Source: an uncultured Pseudobdellovibrionaceae bacterium
Lineage (GTDB): Bacteria; Bdellovibrionota; FAC87; UBA2466
DNA: 64,000 nt
Assembly: GCA_964492125.1 (NCBI GenBank)
Contig: CAZBJE010000005.1
Coordinates: forward strand, 8,964 to 72,963
Direction of reading: 5' to 3'
This document shows, one piece after another, positions 1-11,952 of the stretch; positions within the stretch are counted from its first letter, which is position 1; every line of letters begins with the position of its first letter. A program made the translations under genes and the position numbers. Under the pieces are notes generated by a model, which saw nothing but the letters and a program-made list of their open reading frames with translations, did not search any database and had not been told where the DNA came from.

Positions 1-2
1 GT

Positions 3-3462
<3,460 letters not shown>

Positions 3463-4095
3463 TTATTTTCCTACTGAAGGCCCGCTACCGAAGAAGAAAC
3501 CACTACTAACCTGGTACTGCTTAAAGTTGGAGGTTATGTCCCAAGCGGCGCCTCCTTCTACAAAGATGCCGACAGAGTTACCAAAACGCAATCCGATCGC
3601 CGAGCCCAAAAGATTTTGCTGGCTCTGGGCATAGCGTAGAACGAAGCGGGGCGACATATAGACGCCGAACGCCTCGCTAAAATCGTAGCTTACATAGAGT
3701 GGAAAAATCAGGTCTAGCACTTCGCTTTTAAGGTGGTGGTCGTCGCTGGTGTCCGTGGATTTAACCGCCACGTAGCCAGCACCGAAACCCGCGGCCAAGG
3801 CAAATCCGTCTTCATCCACCATATTGAACTTGAGATCGCCGGTGAACATGCCGGGCATGGTGTACTTCATACCCACGTCCCACCCCTCGGTGAAACCAAA
3901 ACGCGCGCCACCTTCCAAAAATGGAAACGTCACCTTATTGGGCTCGGAGGGGCTTACTTCGGGCGTGCGAAAGAAACCTGCACCCACAAAAAAACGATTA
4001 GTCCCCTCGGGCAAGACTCGTCCGGTTTGCAAAGAAGAAAAACTGGTGCACCCGGTCAGTACTAAAGACCCGAGTAAGAGTAGCCACGTTCGCAT
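3463..4095 (-). CDS. Outer-membrane beta-barrel lipoprotein (OmpW/opacity-like, unassigned family)
   Basis: The start is chosen at internal MRTWLLLLGSLVLTGC (lipobox LTGC). The ORF-track start at 4221 would lack a signal peptide. The sequence has alternating hydrophobic beta-strand character with many Gly/Phe residues. It lies directly upstream of pyrD on the same strand. Confidence 0.5.
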   Translation of the reverse strand: MRTWLLLLGSLVLTGCTSFSSLQTGRVLPEGTNRFFVGAGFFRTPEVSPSEPNKVTFPFLEGGARFGFTEGWDVGMKYTMPGMFTGDLKFNMVDEDGFALAAGFGAGYVAVKSTDTSDDHHLKSEVLDLIFPLYVSYDFSEAFGVYMSPRFVLRYAQSQQNLLGSAIGLRFGNSVGIFVEGGAAWDITSNFKQYQVSSGFFFGSGPSVGK

Positions 4096-4096
4096 A

Positions 4097-4735
4097 TTAG
4101 GGAGCCGCGATCGGCAATTGATCCGTGCCCACCACATCAGCGGAAACCTTGAGCACAGGCGCAAAGATTCCATCCATGCCTTCGGGGATGGGGCTTTTAT
4201 AATCTGCCAGGACCAAATCAAAATAGGCGCTCACCTTGAGCAGGTTCCCCGTCAGACGTCGCTTGGTACGTTCGGATTCCGGGTGGTAGACCGCCTTCAA
4301 CTGCATTTCTTGGCGGCGCAAAACCCCGCGAGCAAAAAGCATCCCACTGACCTTGGCGGTAACTGATTTGCCAGGCGATAGATCACCCGCCGAAGCGTCG
4401 TACAGCTTATCCATCTTGTACAGTGCGCCCGGATTTTCTTGAGCAGACAATACCGTGTCGCGGATTTTAACTTGCCGAGAGCCAGGCCCCATCTCAAAAG
4501 CGCGTACGTCGATTTCCATTTCGCCTTTGATGCCCGCTTTTAGGTTTTGAGGATCGACCTCAAACCAGCCCGAAATGAAATGCGAGCTAGCGAGAGTTTT
4601 TTCCAAAGGAGCGTCCGAAATCCAGCTAATCAGGTTGCGAAACGCCGCGTCTTTCACTTCAAAGCGGGTAGGCTTGGCGTGACTCGCCAGGCAAAACAAA
4701 GAGAGCAAAAGGAGAATGCGACCGTGGAGTTTCAT
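4097..4735 (-). CDS. YceI-like periplasmic (polyisoprenoid-binding) protein
   Basis: 212 aa with signal peptide MKLHGRILLLLSLFCLASHA/K. Length and residue pattern are consistent with the YceI family. Confidence 0.7.
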   Translation of the reverse strand: MKLHGRILLLLSLFCLASHAKPTRFEVKDAAFRNLISWISDAPLEKTLASSHFISGWFEVDPQNLKAGIKGEMEIDVRAFEMGPGSRQVKIRDTVLSAQENPGALYKMDKLYDASAGDLSPGKSVTAKVSGMLFARGVLRRQEMQLKAVYHPESERTKRRLTGNLLKVSAYFDLVLADYKSPIPEGMDGIFAPVLKVSADVVGTDQLPIAAP

Positions 4736-4762
4736 GGAAACTCTAACGGTAAGACTGGCTGG

Positions 4763-5791
4763 TTAGTTTGTCCACTGGATACGGTACGCCTTGACTGACT
4801 GGCCGTCGAGGTTGGCGTAGAAGTGCGAATCGTCTGAAGAGACTGCGAATTTTTTAGGACTGCCCGCGGCGAAGAAAGCCACGTTGCGGCCCGTGGAGTC
4901 AAAAACGTAAATGCCTTGCGGCGTCACACCCTGACCGGAGGTCTGGGAGACGTTGGTAGGCTCGTGTTGCACATACAAGTACCGCGAAGTGGCAACCACA
5001 TTGGTGGCGTTCAACGAAGCGGTTTCACCCAAGCGGCTCAAGCGGCCATCGGCGCCGATTCCGAAGATAAGTAAGCGATTACGGAATCCCACAAAGACTT
5101 GGTTGTTGTAGACTGCGGCACCCATGGCGCAGCAAACGGCTTGGCCAGCGGTGGCGCCGTACGCGTCCTTGGCGATCAAATTGATTTTTCCCGCACTCAA
5201 ATCCGAGGTGTAGACGTAATCCTGTCGGGTAAAGCCGTACATAATAGGTTTGGTTGGGTGCATGACCATGGCGGAGTAGATGTAGGCCGCATCCGAAGGC
5301 ACCACATCGGAATTCGGGTTCAAAGCCGGGTAGCGCTGCACTTCCACCGGGTGCAGAGTATTGGACATGCTCACTACGCTGGTGCCGACAGTGCCACTCA
5401 TAAAAGCAATCTGGTTGTAAATCGCGAGTGCGCCGGACGCGTACCAATCTTCAACCCATTTCCCCATGGGGCTGAAGGTATCGATCTGGGTGCTCATTGA
5501 GAAAGTGATGGAAGGATTTTCTTCGTCCTGAGCAATTTCCAAGCGGGCAAAACCCATCGGCTTGCCGGTCATAAAAAGCGAGCCGCCGTTAATCAAAAGT
5601 GTATCCGCAGTGGTAGCAGCGGCTTGGCCGTTTACTTTGAATTGGATATCGGCGGCCGAAATCAAACGCGTCGTGGGCATATTGGTCGTGGGGGCCAGCT
5701 GCAACTGCGACGAAGCCCGTCCATCGGTGCACGCACCGAGGAGATTCGTGAGCAGAACCAAAAGGCCAATCTGTGTAATGCGTTTGTACAT
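4763..5791 (-). CDS. Hypothetical lipoprotein (possible beta-propeller fold)
   Basis: The start is chosen at MYKRITQIGLLVLLTNLLGAC (lipobox LLGAC) rather than the upstream ORF-track start. There is no recognisable catalytic motif. Confidence 0.5.
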   Translation of the reverse strand: MYKRITQIGLLVLLTNLLGACTDGRASSQLQLAPTTNMPTTRLISAADIQFKVNGQAAATTADTLLINGGSLFMTGKPMGFARLEIAQDEENPSITFSMSTQIDTFSPMGKWVEDWYASGALAIYNQIAFMSGTVGTSVVSMSNTLHPVEVQRYPALNPNSDVVPSDAAYIYSAMVMHPTKPIMYGFTRQDYVYTSDLSAGKINLIAKDAYGATAGQAVCCAMGAAVYNNQVFVGFRNRLLIFGIGADGRLSRLGETASLNATNVVATSRYLYVQHEPTNVSQTSGQGVTPQGIYVFDSTGRNVAFFAAGSPKKFAVSSDDSHFYANLDGQSVKAYRIQWTN

Positions 5792-6068
5792 TCTATTTAG
5801 TGTTCCTACCGTCTGTATACTGCAAGCGCCGAACCAACCGCCCAAGTGGCGAAACTCCTCAGGAATTCGCCGTATGCAGGCTCTGGAAAGTGTGTGTTCT
5901 TCTCGCTCTCGTACACGCTGTATACAGTTCCCCTCGGGGCCGTATACGGGCGCACTGTCGAACAATTTGACAGTCGGTTCGGCCCCTCTTTGTGCCTGAT
6001 CACCGCTCTGGCATGGGTTGCACCAATGGCAGCTGAACGGGTGCGTTTAACGCCCCCAGGGAGGCCCT

Positions 6069-6677
6069 TTGAAACAGATTATTCGGTTAGCCACCAACCC
6101 AGCCGCTTTCATGAACCAGCTGCAATGGTCCCGAAACCATGCCTGGATCCTGCTCACTTTTCTGGGATTAGCGATTGTGGAATCACAGATCGGTACCACC
6201 AAGGCTTTGAACGCGCAGCTAGCTTGGCTACTTTCGAACGAAGCGCACATCGCGCGGGACCAAGCGTTGTTTCTGGTGATGGTCGGCCGCATTGCCGCCC
6301 TGTTTTTGGGCGGCCAAGTCCTCACGCAAATTTTCTGGCTGATTGGCGCGCGCTTGGGCCGCGCCTCGAGCAAACGGGTGCTCACTCGTCGCCTATCGAT
6401 CGTTTATACGTTCTTGCTGGGTAGCTACATTTTAGCAGTCACCCTGAGCGTCGATCAGCAAATCTGGGCCGCTTTGGTTTTCGGCTGGGGGCTGATACTG
6501 GCCTACGTTACATTCCGAGAGCATTTCAGCTTAGACCGGTATGCCGCAGTCGTGTTGGGTTTGGTAGCGGTGGGATCTATCGTCGTGAGTTTTCAGCAGG
6601 CGGATCGCTACGTGCAAAAAAGCGCTAGCCAAGCCATCGCTAAGCAAGTCGCCAAATCCCGCGTTCACCGCCGCTAG
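6069..6677 (+). CDS. Hypothetical polytopic membrane protein
   Basis: 202 aa with 4-5 hydrophobic helices. It is divergent from the lipoprotein gene. The overlapping ORF 5846-6424 in another frame is considered spurious. Confidence 0.45.
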   Translation: MKQIIRLATNPAAFMNQLQWSRNHAWILLTFLGLAIVESQIGTTKALNAQLAWLLSNEAHIARDQALFLVMVGRIAALFLGGQVLTQIFWLIGARLGRASSKRVLTRRLSIVYTFLLGSYILAVTLSVDQQIWAALVFGWGLILAYVTFREHFSLDRYAAVVLGLVAVGSIVVSFQQADRYVQKSASQAIAKQVAKSRVHRR

Positions 6678-7846
6678 GGAATCGAAGCAATCCCGCGGGC
6701 GGCAGCGGGCTGTTTGATTTTCGGGTAGCGCATCGTGCGCCACTTTAGGAAGCTGTGGTAATTGCGATTGGCTACCTTGAAGATGGTTTGCCCTTTCGCT
6801 TTCACAATCCCCATCGCCGCTAAGTCCGATCGAGATATCAGTCCACCGTAGCCGCCGGCCATCTCTTTTTCCTGCGATCCAGCGCCAAACGAACCAAACA
6901 TTCCTTCTAAACCACTATGTAAGCCGGCCACACCGTCTTTCCCGTTAGAGGTCGCGCTCGATCCGAGGCCCCGTGAAACCAGCTTGCCGTTCTGCGCCGC
7001 AAGCCCATTCGCGCTCGAAGACGGGTTCGAACTTTCGTTAGCATTTGCCGACGAGCGAGCCCCAGAGTGCGCAGCAGCCGAATTATTACTCGCCACACCG
7101 CCACCGGAATTTAAAATAGCGCCTTCGTTCACTCCCAAACCAATTTGATCCAATATGCTTTTCACATCTTCGCCGCCGGTATCATTGAGCGCGGTCTGGG
7201 CTTCGGGCGAGAGAGCGCTGGGGTCTTGCCCCAATGCAGCCAGAGCGTCCGAACCCGAACGCACGTTGCCGCTGGTCAAATTGTTAAAAAACAAGTTGGG
7301 ATCGATGCCCTGCGCCTGCAACGCCGCCACAGCCTCGGGGGTCATGAGACCTTGCGCCACTTGTTGGGGATTGTAGCTGCTCTGGGCGGAAGTTTGGCCA
7401 CTTTCGGAAAGCAGCGTATCGCGCAACCCGGTATTCGCCGCAGAGGTCCCGCCACTTCTCCCGGCTTGGGCAAATTCCATCCCGGCCAAACCGAACAAGC
7501 GGGCTGCCTCGGCAAAATTGAGCAAGCCCAGTTGAACGCCAGCGGCGGTGGTCAGCGCAATGCCCGCTGCTGTTGCGGCGGCCTGACCCGCATTCGCCTG
7601 ACGAGTGGCATCGGCGAGTTTGTACTCGCGGCCGTTTTGAGAATTGCCCGCGCTGTCATCGAATATGGTACTGGTGCTCGTAAAAAAATGGGCGTCGCCG
7701 GGATTAGCCCGGGGGGTGGGGGTGCTGGTGTCGTTGGTGTTAGCGAACGGGTTGTTGTTGTCCCCGCCGGTGTAACTCTCCGCTAAAATGCGTGGAGCGC
7801 TGAGTACAGTAGCCAAAGCTAGCACTACGAGTTTTGTACCTTTCAT
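6674..7846 (-). CDS. Secreted low-complexity (Gly/Ser/Ala/Asn-rich) protein
   Basis: 390 aa with signal peptide MKGTKLVVLALATVLSAPRILA/E. It is compositionally biased and has no enzymatic motif. Confidence 0.5.
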   Translation of the reverse strand: MKGTKLVVLALATVLSAPRILAESYTGGDNNNPFANTNDTSTPTPRANPGDAHFFTSTSTIFDDSAGNSQNGREYKLADATRQANAGQAAATAAGIALTTAAGVQLGLLNFAEAARLFGLAGMEFAQAGRSGGTSAANTGLRDTLLSESGQTSAQSSYNPQQVAQGLMTPEAVAALQAQGIDPNLFFNNLTSGNVRSGSDALAALGQDPSALSPEAQTALNDTGGEDVKSILDQIGLGVNEGAILNSGGGVASNNSAAAHSGARSSANANESSNPSSSANGLAAQNGKLVSRGLGSSATSNGKDGVAGLHSGLEGMFGSFGAGSQEKEMAGGYGGLISRSDLAAMGIVKAKGQTIFKVANRNYHSFLKWRTMRYPKIKQPAAARGIASIP

Positions 7847-7865
7847 ACGTACGACCTTTCAAAAA

Positions 7866-9164
7866 CTAACGATTGCCGCAATTCAATGCGCCCGAGGCGC
7901 ACAAACCGCTCAAAGTAAGTTCCATTGGCTTTGAAAACGCAGGCCCCGAAGACGCGGGAGTCGAAGACTGCTCGCCTCCCAGCGCACCAGAAGCTGCAGA
8001 AAAAATGGAATACCCGCCGGCGGCAATTTCAGATTCGCCATCCACCGCGGGGGAACCCTCTTCGCCATTCGACGAAAGGTACGGGTTCGCACGTAGGTAA
8101 TTAAATCGTTGGCGCGCAGGCGCACCGTAGTCGCCACCATTTACATCGTAGGCAAAGCCGCCGTCACTCGTGCCACCTGAATTGCCGTAACCAGCCTGCA
8201 TCGGCATCATTCCGCCCGAACCACCAGCCGGCGGTTGGGGACCCGCTACGCCCCCGAAAGCCGGGGAGTTTTGGATAGGCGGCAACGCGGATTTTTTGGG
8301 TGCCACGGGGGCTTGAGCCATTCTTTCCATCGGCGCCGCCGGAGTGGGCGTTTTTGCGACAGGTGCCGGAGTTTCTTTTTCCTCTGGCAATCTAAAAGGT
8401 TTGTCTGGCGTTCGAGGTGCTTCGTCTTTTTTCGCCGGCGCAGCGGTGGCCGTGTCGGTTTTAGGAGCGCCCAAGAGGCGGGCCAAGTCACCCATGCGCT
8501 TATCGGTTTGAGCCACCGGCGCGGCCGGTGCGCCGCCAGCCATCATCCCGCGTTCGTCGGCACCCATGCGGACAGCGTTTTGCGGTTGCACCGCCATCAG
8601 CGGTTGGTTCATTTCCATTAGGCGCTGGCGCAAGAGTTGCTCGATTAATTGTTTTTGCAAATCGGGCCGAGCCGCCATCAACCGTTCTTGTTCTTTCTTG
8701 TCGAGCCGCTCCATTAAAACTTGCAACGCGGTCTTCGCCAAAAGCGCCTGGGGTTTGGGCCCGTAGAGTGCGCCACTTTTTCGGTATTCGTTTTTGAGTT
8801 GCTGGCGCAACAAGCGATCGAGTTCCGCGTTTTCAGCGAGCCGCGGTAACTTATCCACTAGCACATTGAAAACCTCGGGATTCAAATTCACGAGTTTCGT
8901 CATGCTGAGGTAAAAAACAGTGACTCCGTCGTCGTTCAGGTTGCGCAGAATCGCCTGCATGGGCGTGGCGGCGATTTCGGCTTCCAGTTGCGCTAACGCC
9001 GGGGGTACGGCGGCCCTGTTTAGTTCCGCCACCATTTCGGCTTGGGCGTGATCGCCCAGGGCACGCGGTTCTCGTTCCACGCGCAAATCTGTATAGGGAA
9101 TGCACAAAAGGCACACCACCGCGACTAGCCGAAGCGCGCGTGCAATGTGCTTTGCATTCAACAT
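7866..9164 (-). CDS. Secreted Pro/Ala/Gln-rich protein
   Basis: 432 aa with an N-terminal hydrophobic signal/anchor (LRLVAVVCLLCIPYT). The central segment is helical and Q/L-rich, and the C-terminal half is Pro-rich. Confidence 0.5.
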   Translation of the reverse strand: MLNAKHIARALRLVAVVCLLCIPYTDLRVEREPRALGDHAQAEMVAELNRAAVPPALAQLEAEIAATPMQAILRNLNDDGVTVFYLSMTKLVNLNPEVFNVLVDKLPRLAENAELDRLLRQQLKNEYRKSGALYGPKPQALLAKTALQVLMERLDKKEQERLMAARPDLQKQLIEQLLRQRLMEMNQPLMAVQPQNAVRMGADERGMMAGGAPAAPVAQTDKRMGDLARLLGAPKTDTATAAPAKKDEAPRTPDKPFRLPEEKETPAPVAKTPTPAAPMERMAQAPVAPKKSALPPIQNSPAFGGVAGPQPPAGGSGGMMPMQAGYGNSGGTSDGGFAYDVNGGDYGAPARQRFNYLRANPYLSSNGEEGSPAVDGESEIAAGGYSIFSAASGALGGEQSSTPASSGPAFSKPMELTLSGLCASGALNCGNR

Positions 9165-9386
9165 CTTAGGAGCCTCCTCGGCTCAAAAAATAAGGGTTTC
9201 CCCCTTAAAGAGTGCAAGGGGGACGCCGAAACCCGTAGGCACGGATTAGGCACAAAAACACGGCAAGCGCGTGCCTGAGGCTAAAGCGAGTGGGTAAACT
9301 CAATAAATACGGAGTGTTAGACCGGCAAATGAGCAGACAACGACTAGAAAAATGACAACTGGAGAGCGGCCGCGGCCCAGCCGCCT

Positions 9387-10142
9387 TTAGCTTTCTGCGC
9401 GCAACGGGGCGGCAGGAGCCGCCGGGCGCGGTGGCAGCATCTCCACGCGACGGCTCGTCGAGTAAAGCGTTTCGCTGATGATCTTGAGCATGCGCTGTTT
9501 CAACGCGTAGTCGGCCGGCACCGACGGACGGAAGTTGGTGACGATATCGCGGCACTCGCCCAATTTTCGGTAAACTTCGCTGTCCGTCAGCGGTTGCAAG
9601 GTTAGCTCGCCTTCGATCGCCGAAATTTCCATATAGTCCGTGCGTTTGATTTTACCGACGGAGAGTGGCCCACGGGCCTCACGAACCCGAATAAGAAATT
9701 GGCTGTCCGGATCGTCTTGATCCAAGTAGGTAAACAAAACCGCGTCGGCATCATCCATCCAGAGTTCGCTCTCGTTCAGGCCATGGAAATGCCGCAACCG
9801 GCCCGATTTCCAATCTTGCAAAATCGATTCGCCGATTTTTCGCGGAGACAGGAAAGACCGAAGCCCCGCGCGCACGCTAGGAACCAGACGAGGGAAATCC
9901 AAACGCACCCATTCACCACCACGGCCGCGAACGGTTACGAGCAAATTGAACTTGGCGCGCTCTAACTCGAAAGAAACCGTCACCGATTCTCCCTCGGGGA
10001 GCTCGGCAAAGGGACCCGTGTTTTCCACCACAGCCCGAATATAGGAAACGTCGAGCACGCGAGCGGACGTGTCTCCGAGTTTCGCGAAACTTTTTTGAAC
10101 GGAGACAGGATTAACGAGAAGACGGCCTTCGCCTGATTGCAT
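9387..10142 (-). CDS. Hypothetical cytoplasmic protein (possible PilZ-like, unconfirmed)
   Basis: 251 aa. The start is uncertain and there is no signal peptide. The motif assignment is weak. Confidence 0.4.
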   Translation of the reverse strand: MQSGEGRLLVNPVSVQKSFAKLGDTSARVLDVSYIRAVVENTGPFAELPEGESVTVSFELERAKFNLLVTVRGRGGEWVRLDFPRLVPSVRAGLRSFLSPRKIGESILQDWKSGRLRHFHGLNESELWMDDADAVLFTYLDQDDPDSQFLIRVREARGPLSVGKIKRTDYMEISAIEGELTLQPLTDSEVYRKLGECRDIVTNFRPSVPADYALKQRMLKIISETLYSTSRRVEMLPPRPAAPAAPLRAES

Positions 10143-10389
10143 GGACGCAGTGTAGAAACCGTCGACACCGTTTTCAACTTAAATCCCCGCTATCTCTTCG
10201 CGCGATGAAACACTCGCCCTGCCTAGAGTGAAAACACCCTTTCTAGCCGTCCATTTCTTGGTGACTTTTCGCTCAAAAGCCCCTACGCCGGTTTTCTAGT
10301 AGGTACCTGATTTTGAAGCGCTAATTTCGGAGACGGATTTTAATACGTCTTGGCCCCCCCTTTGCTTCTATCAAGCACCGAGGGATACA

Positions 10390-10590
10390 ATGAAAAAATT
10401 AATCACCATTCTCGTCCTTGTAACTTTGAACGCGACCCAAGCCGACGCCGCGAGCGAAGCCCGCCGCAAAATCCGCGATTGGGCGAAGCGCTTGGAGAAG
10501 ATGGAACAGATTAATAGTCCTGCGGTTCAGCAGAAGCCGGATGTTACGCCTCGTGCGCCACAGTCGATTGTGGCATCCCTAAAACAATAA
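10390..10590 (+). CDS. Small secreted protein (66 aa)
   Basis: Signal peptide MKKLITILVLVTLNATQADA/A. A GAGGG RBS lies 5 nt upstream of the ATG. Confidence 0.4.
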   Translation: MKKLITILVLVTLNATQADAASEARRKIRDWAKRLEKMEQINSPAVQQKPDVTPRAPQSIVASLKQ

Positions 10591-10773
10591 GTTCGGTCGA
10601 TTTTTTGAGAGTATCGTCGATCCAGGAGCTATTCCTGGATCTCGATGCCGATTGCAGATCCGGCTGCACCGCTAACCCCGGCCCCTCCTACTACGTACGT
10701 TCCTGCACCAGGCATTGGTGACACCCTACCCCAAATGAGCTATTTTCCTCTCTTCAAACACCGGAGAGGCTCC

Positions 10774-11952
10774 ATGTCAGAAACCATCGTGATCGTCGCC
10801 GCCAAACGTACCCCTTTCGGGGCCTTCGGGGGCAGTTTCAAAAACCTTACCGCGACCGACCTTGCGGTTACCGCCGCCCAAGCCGCACTGGCTCAGGCAT
10901 CCGCGGTACCCACCGATATCGACCATGTCATTTTCGGCAACGTGGCCCAGACCTCGGTCGACGCGATTTACTTGGCGCGTCATGTCGGCATCCGTGCCGG
11001 GTTGCCGATCGAAGTTCCGGCCGTGACGGTCAATCGCCTCTGCGGATCCGGGTTTGAAGCGCTGATTCAAGGGGCACGCCTAGTGCAAACCGGCGAAGCG
11101 CGCGCGGTTTTAGTCGGCGGAACGGAAAGTATGACCCAGGCACCTTACGTGTTGCGCGGCGCCCGATTCGGTTACCGGCTCGGCAACAGCGAACTCGAAG
11201 ACAGCTTAATGGCCGGACTCACGGACTCCATTCCCAAAACGCCGATGGCGATCACCGCTGAAAACCTCGCGGTGAAATACGAAATCTCCCGGACGACCTG
11301 CGACGAATTCGCGTTACGCTCGCAAAAGCTGACCCAAGCCGCGATCCAGGCCGGCCACTTCAAAGAGGAAATCACCCCGGTAACCCTAAAGGGCAAGACC
11401 GGTGACACCGTTTTTGACAAGGATGAACACCCGCGCGCCGATAGCTCCATCGAAGGGCTTACGAAGCTCAAAGCGGTTTTCAAGAAGGATGGGGTAGTTA
11501 CCGCCGGTAATGCCAGCGGCATGGTGGACGGCGCCGCGGCGCTTGTGGTCACCAGCGAAAGTTTTGCTCAAAAAAAGGGCTGGACCATCTTGGGAAAACT
11601 GCGCGGATCACACGTCGTAGGTTGCGAACCTTCCATTATGGGAATCGGACCGGTTGGGGCGATTACGGGCTTGCTCGCCAAGACTGCGACGACTCTTAAT
11701 GCCATCAAACTCATTGAAGTGAATGAAGCGTTTGCCGCCCAAACACTGGCGGTAGAAAAACAATTGGGCTTACCTCGCGAGAAACTCAACACCGACGGGG
11801 GTGCGATTGCGATCGGGCACCCCTTGGGTGCGAGCGGTGCGCGGATCACGGCCCACTTGCTCTATGCCTTGAAGCGCCAAGGCGGCGGCCTAGGCCTTGG
11901 TTCGGCTTGCATCGGCGGGGGCCAGGGAATTGCGGTTCTTGTCGAAGTATAG
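10774..11952 (+). CDS. Acetyl-CoA C-acetyltransferase (thiolase II)
   Basis: 392 aa from internal ATG 10774, with a GGAGAGG RBS at 10763-10769. N-terminus is MSETIVIVAAKRTPFGAFGG. The active-site Cys is in NRLCGSG and the C-terminal motif is GLGSACIGGGQGIAVLVE. The ORF-track start at 10645 adds a Pro-rich leader unlikely to be real. Confidence 0.9.
   Translation: MSETIVIVAAKRTPFGAFGGSFKNLTATDLAVTAAQAALAQASAVPTDIDHVIFGNVAQTSVDAIYLARHVGIRAGLPIEVPAVTVNRLCGSGFEALIQGARLVQTGEARAVLVGGTESMTQAPYVLRGARFGYRLGNSELEDSLMAGLTDSIPKTPMAITAENLAVKYEISRTTCDEFALRSQKLTQAAIQAGHFKEEITPVTLKGKTGDTVFDKDEHPRADSSIEGLTKLKAVFKKDGVVTAGNASGMVDGAAALVVTSESFAQKKGWTILGKLRGSHVVGCEPSIMGIGPVGAITGLLAKTATTLNAIKLIEVNEAFAAQTLAVEKQLGLPREKLNTDGGAIAIGHPLGASGARITAHLLYALKRQGGGLGLGSACIGGGQGIAVLVEV

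Noticed and set aside
5846-6424. 192-aa plus-strand ORF overlapping the membrane-protein gene start region
   Set aside because: It is in a different frame from, and overlapping, the better-supported membrane protein ORF 6069-6677. It is Pro/Arg-rich with no RBS.
10620-10640. Inverted repeat ATCCAGGAgctatTCCTGGAT downstream of the small secreted-protein gene
   Set aside because: There is no T-tract on either strand after the stem. It could be structural, but there is no evidence for terminator or regulatory function.
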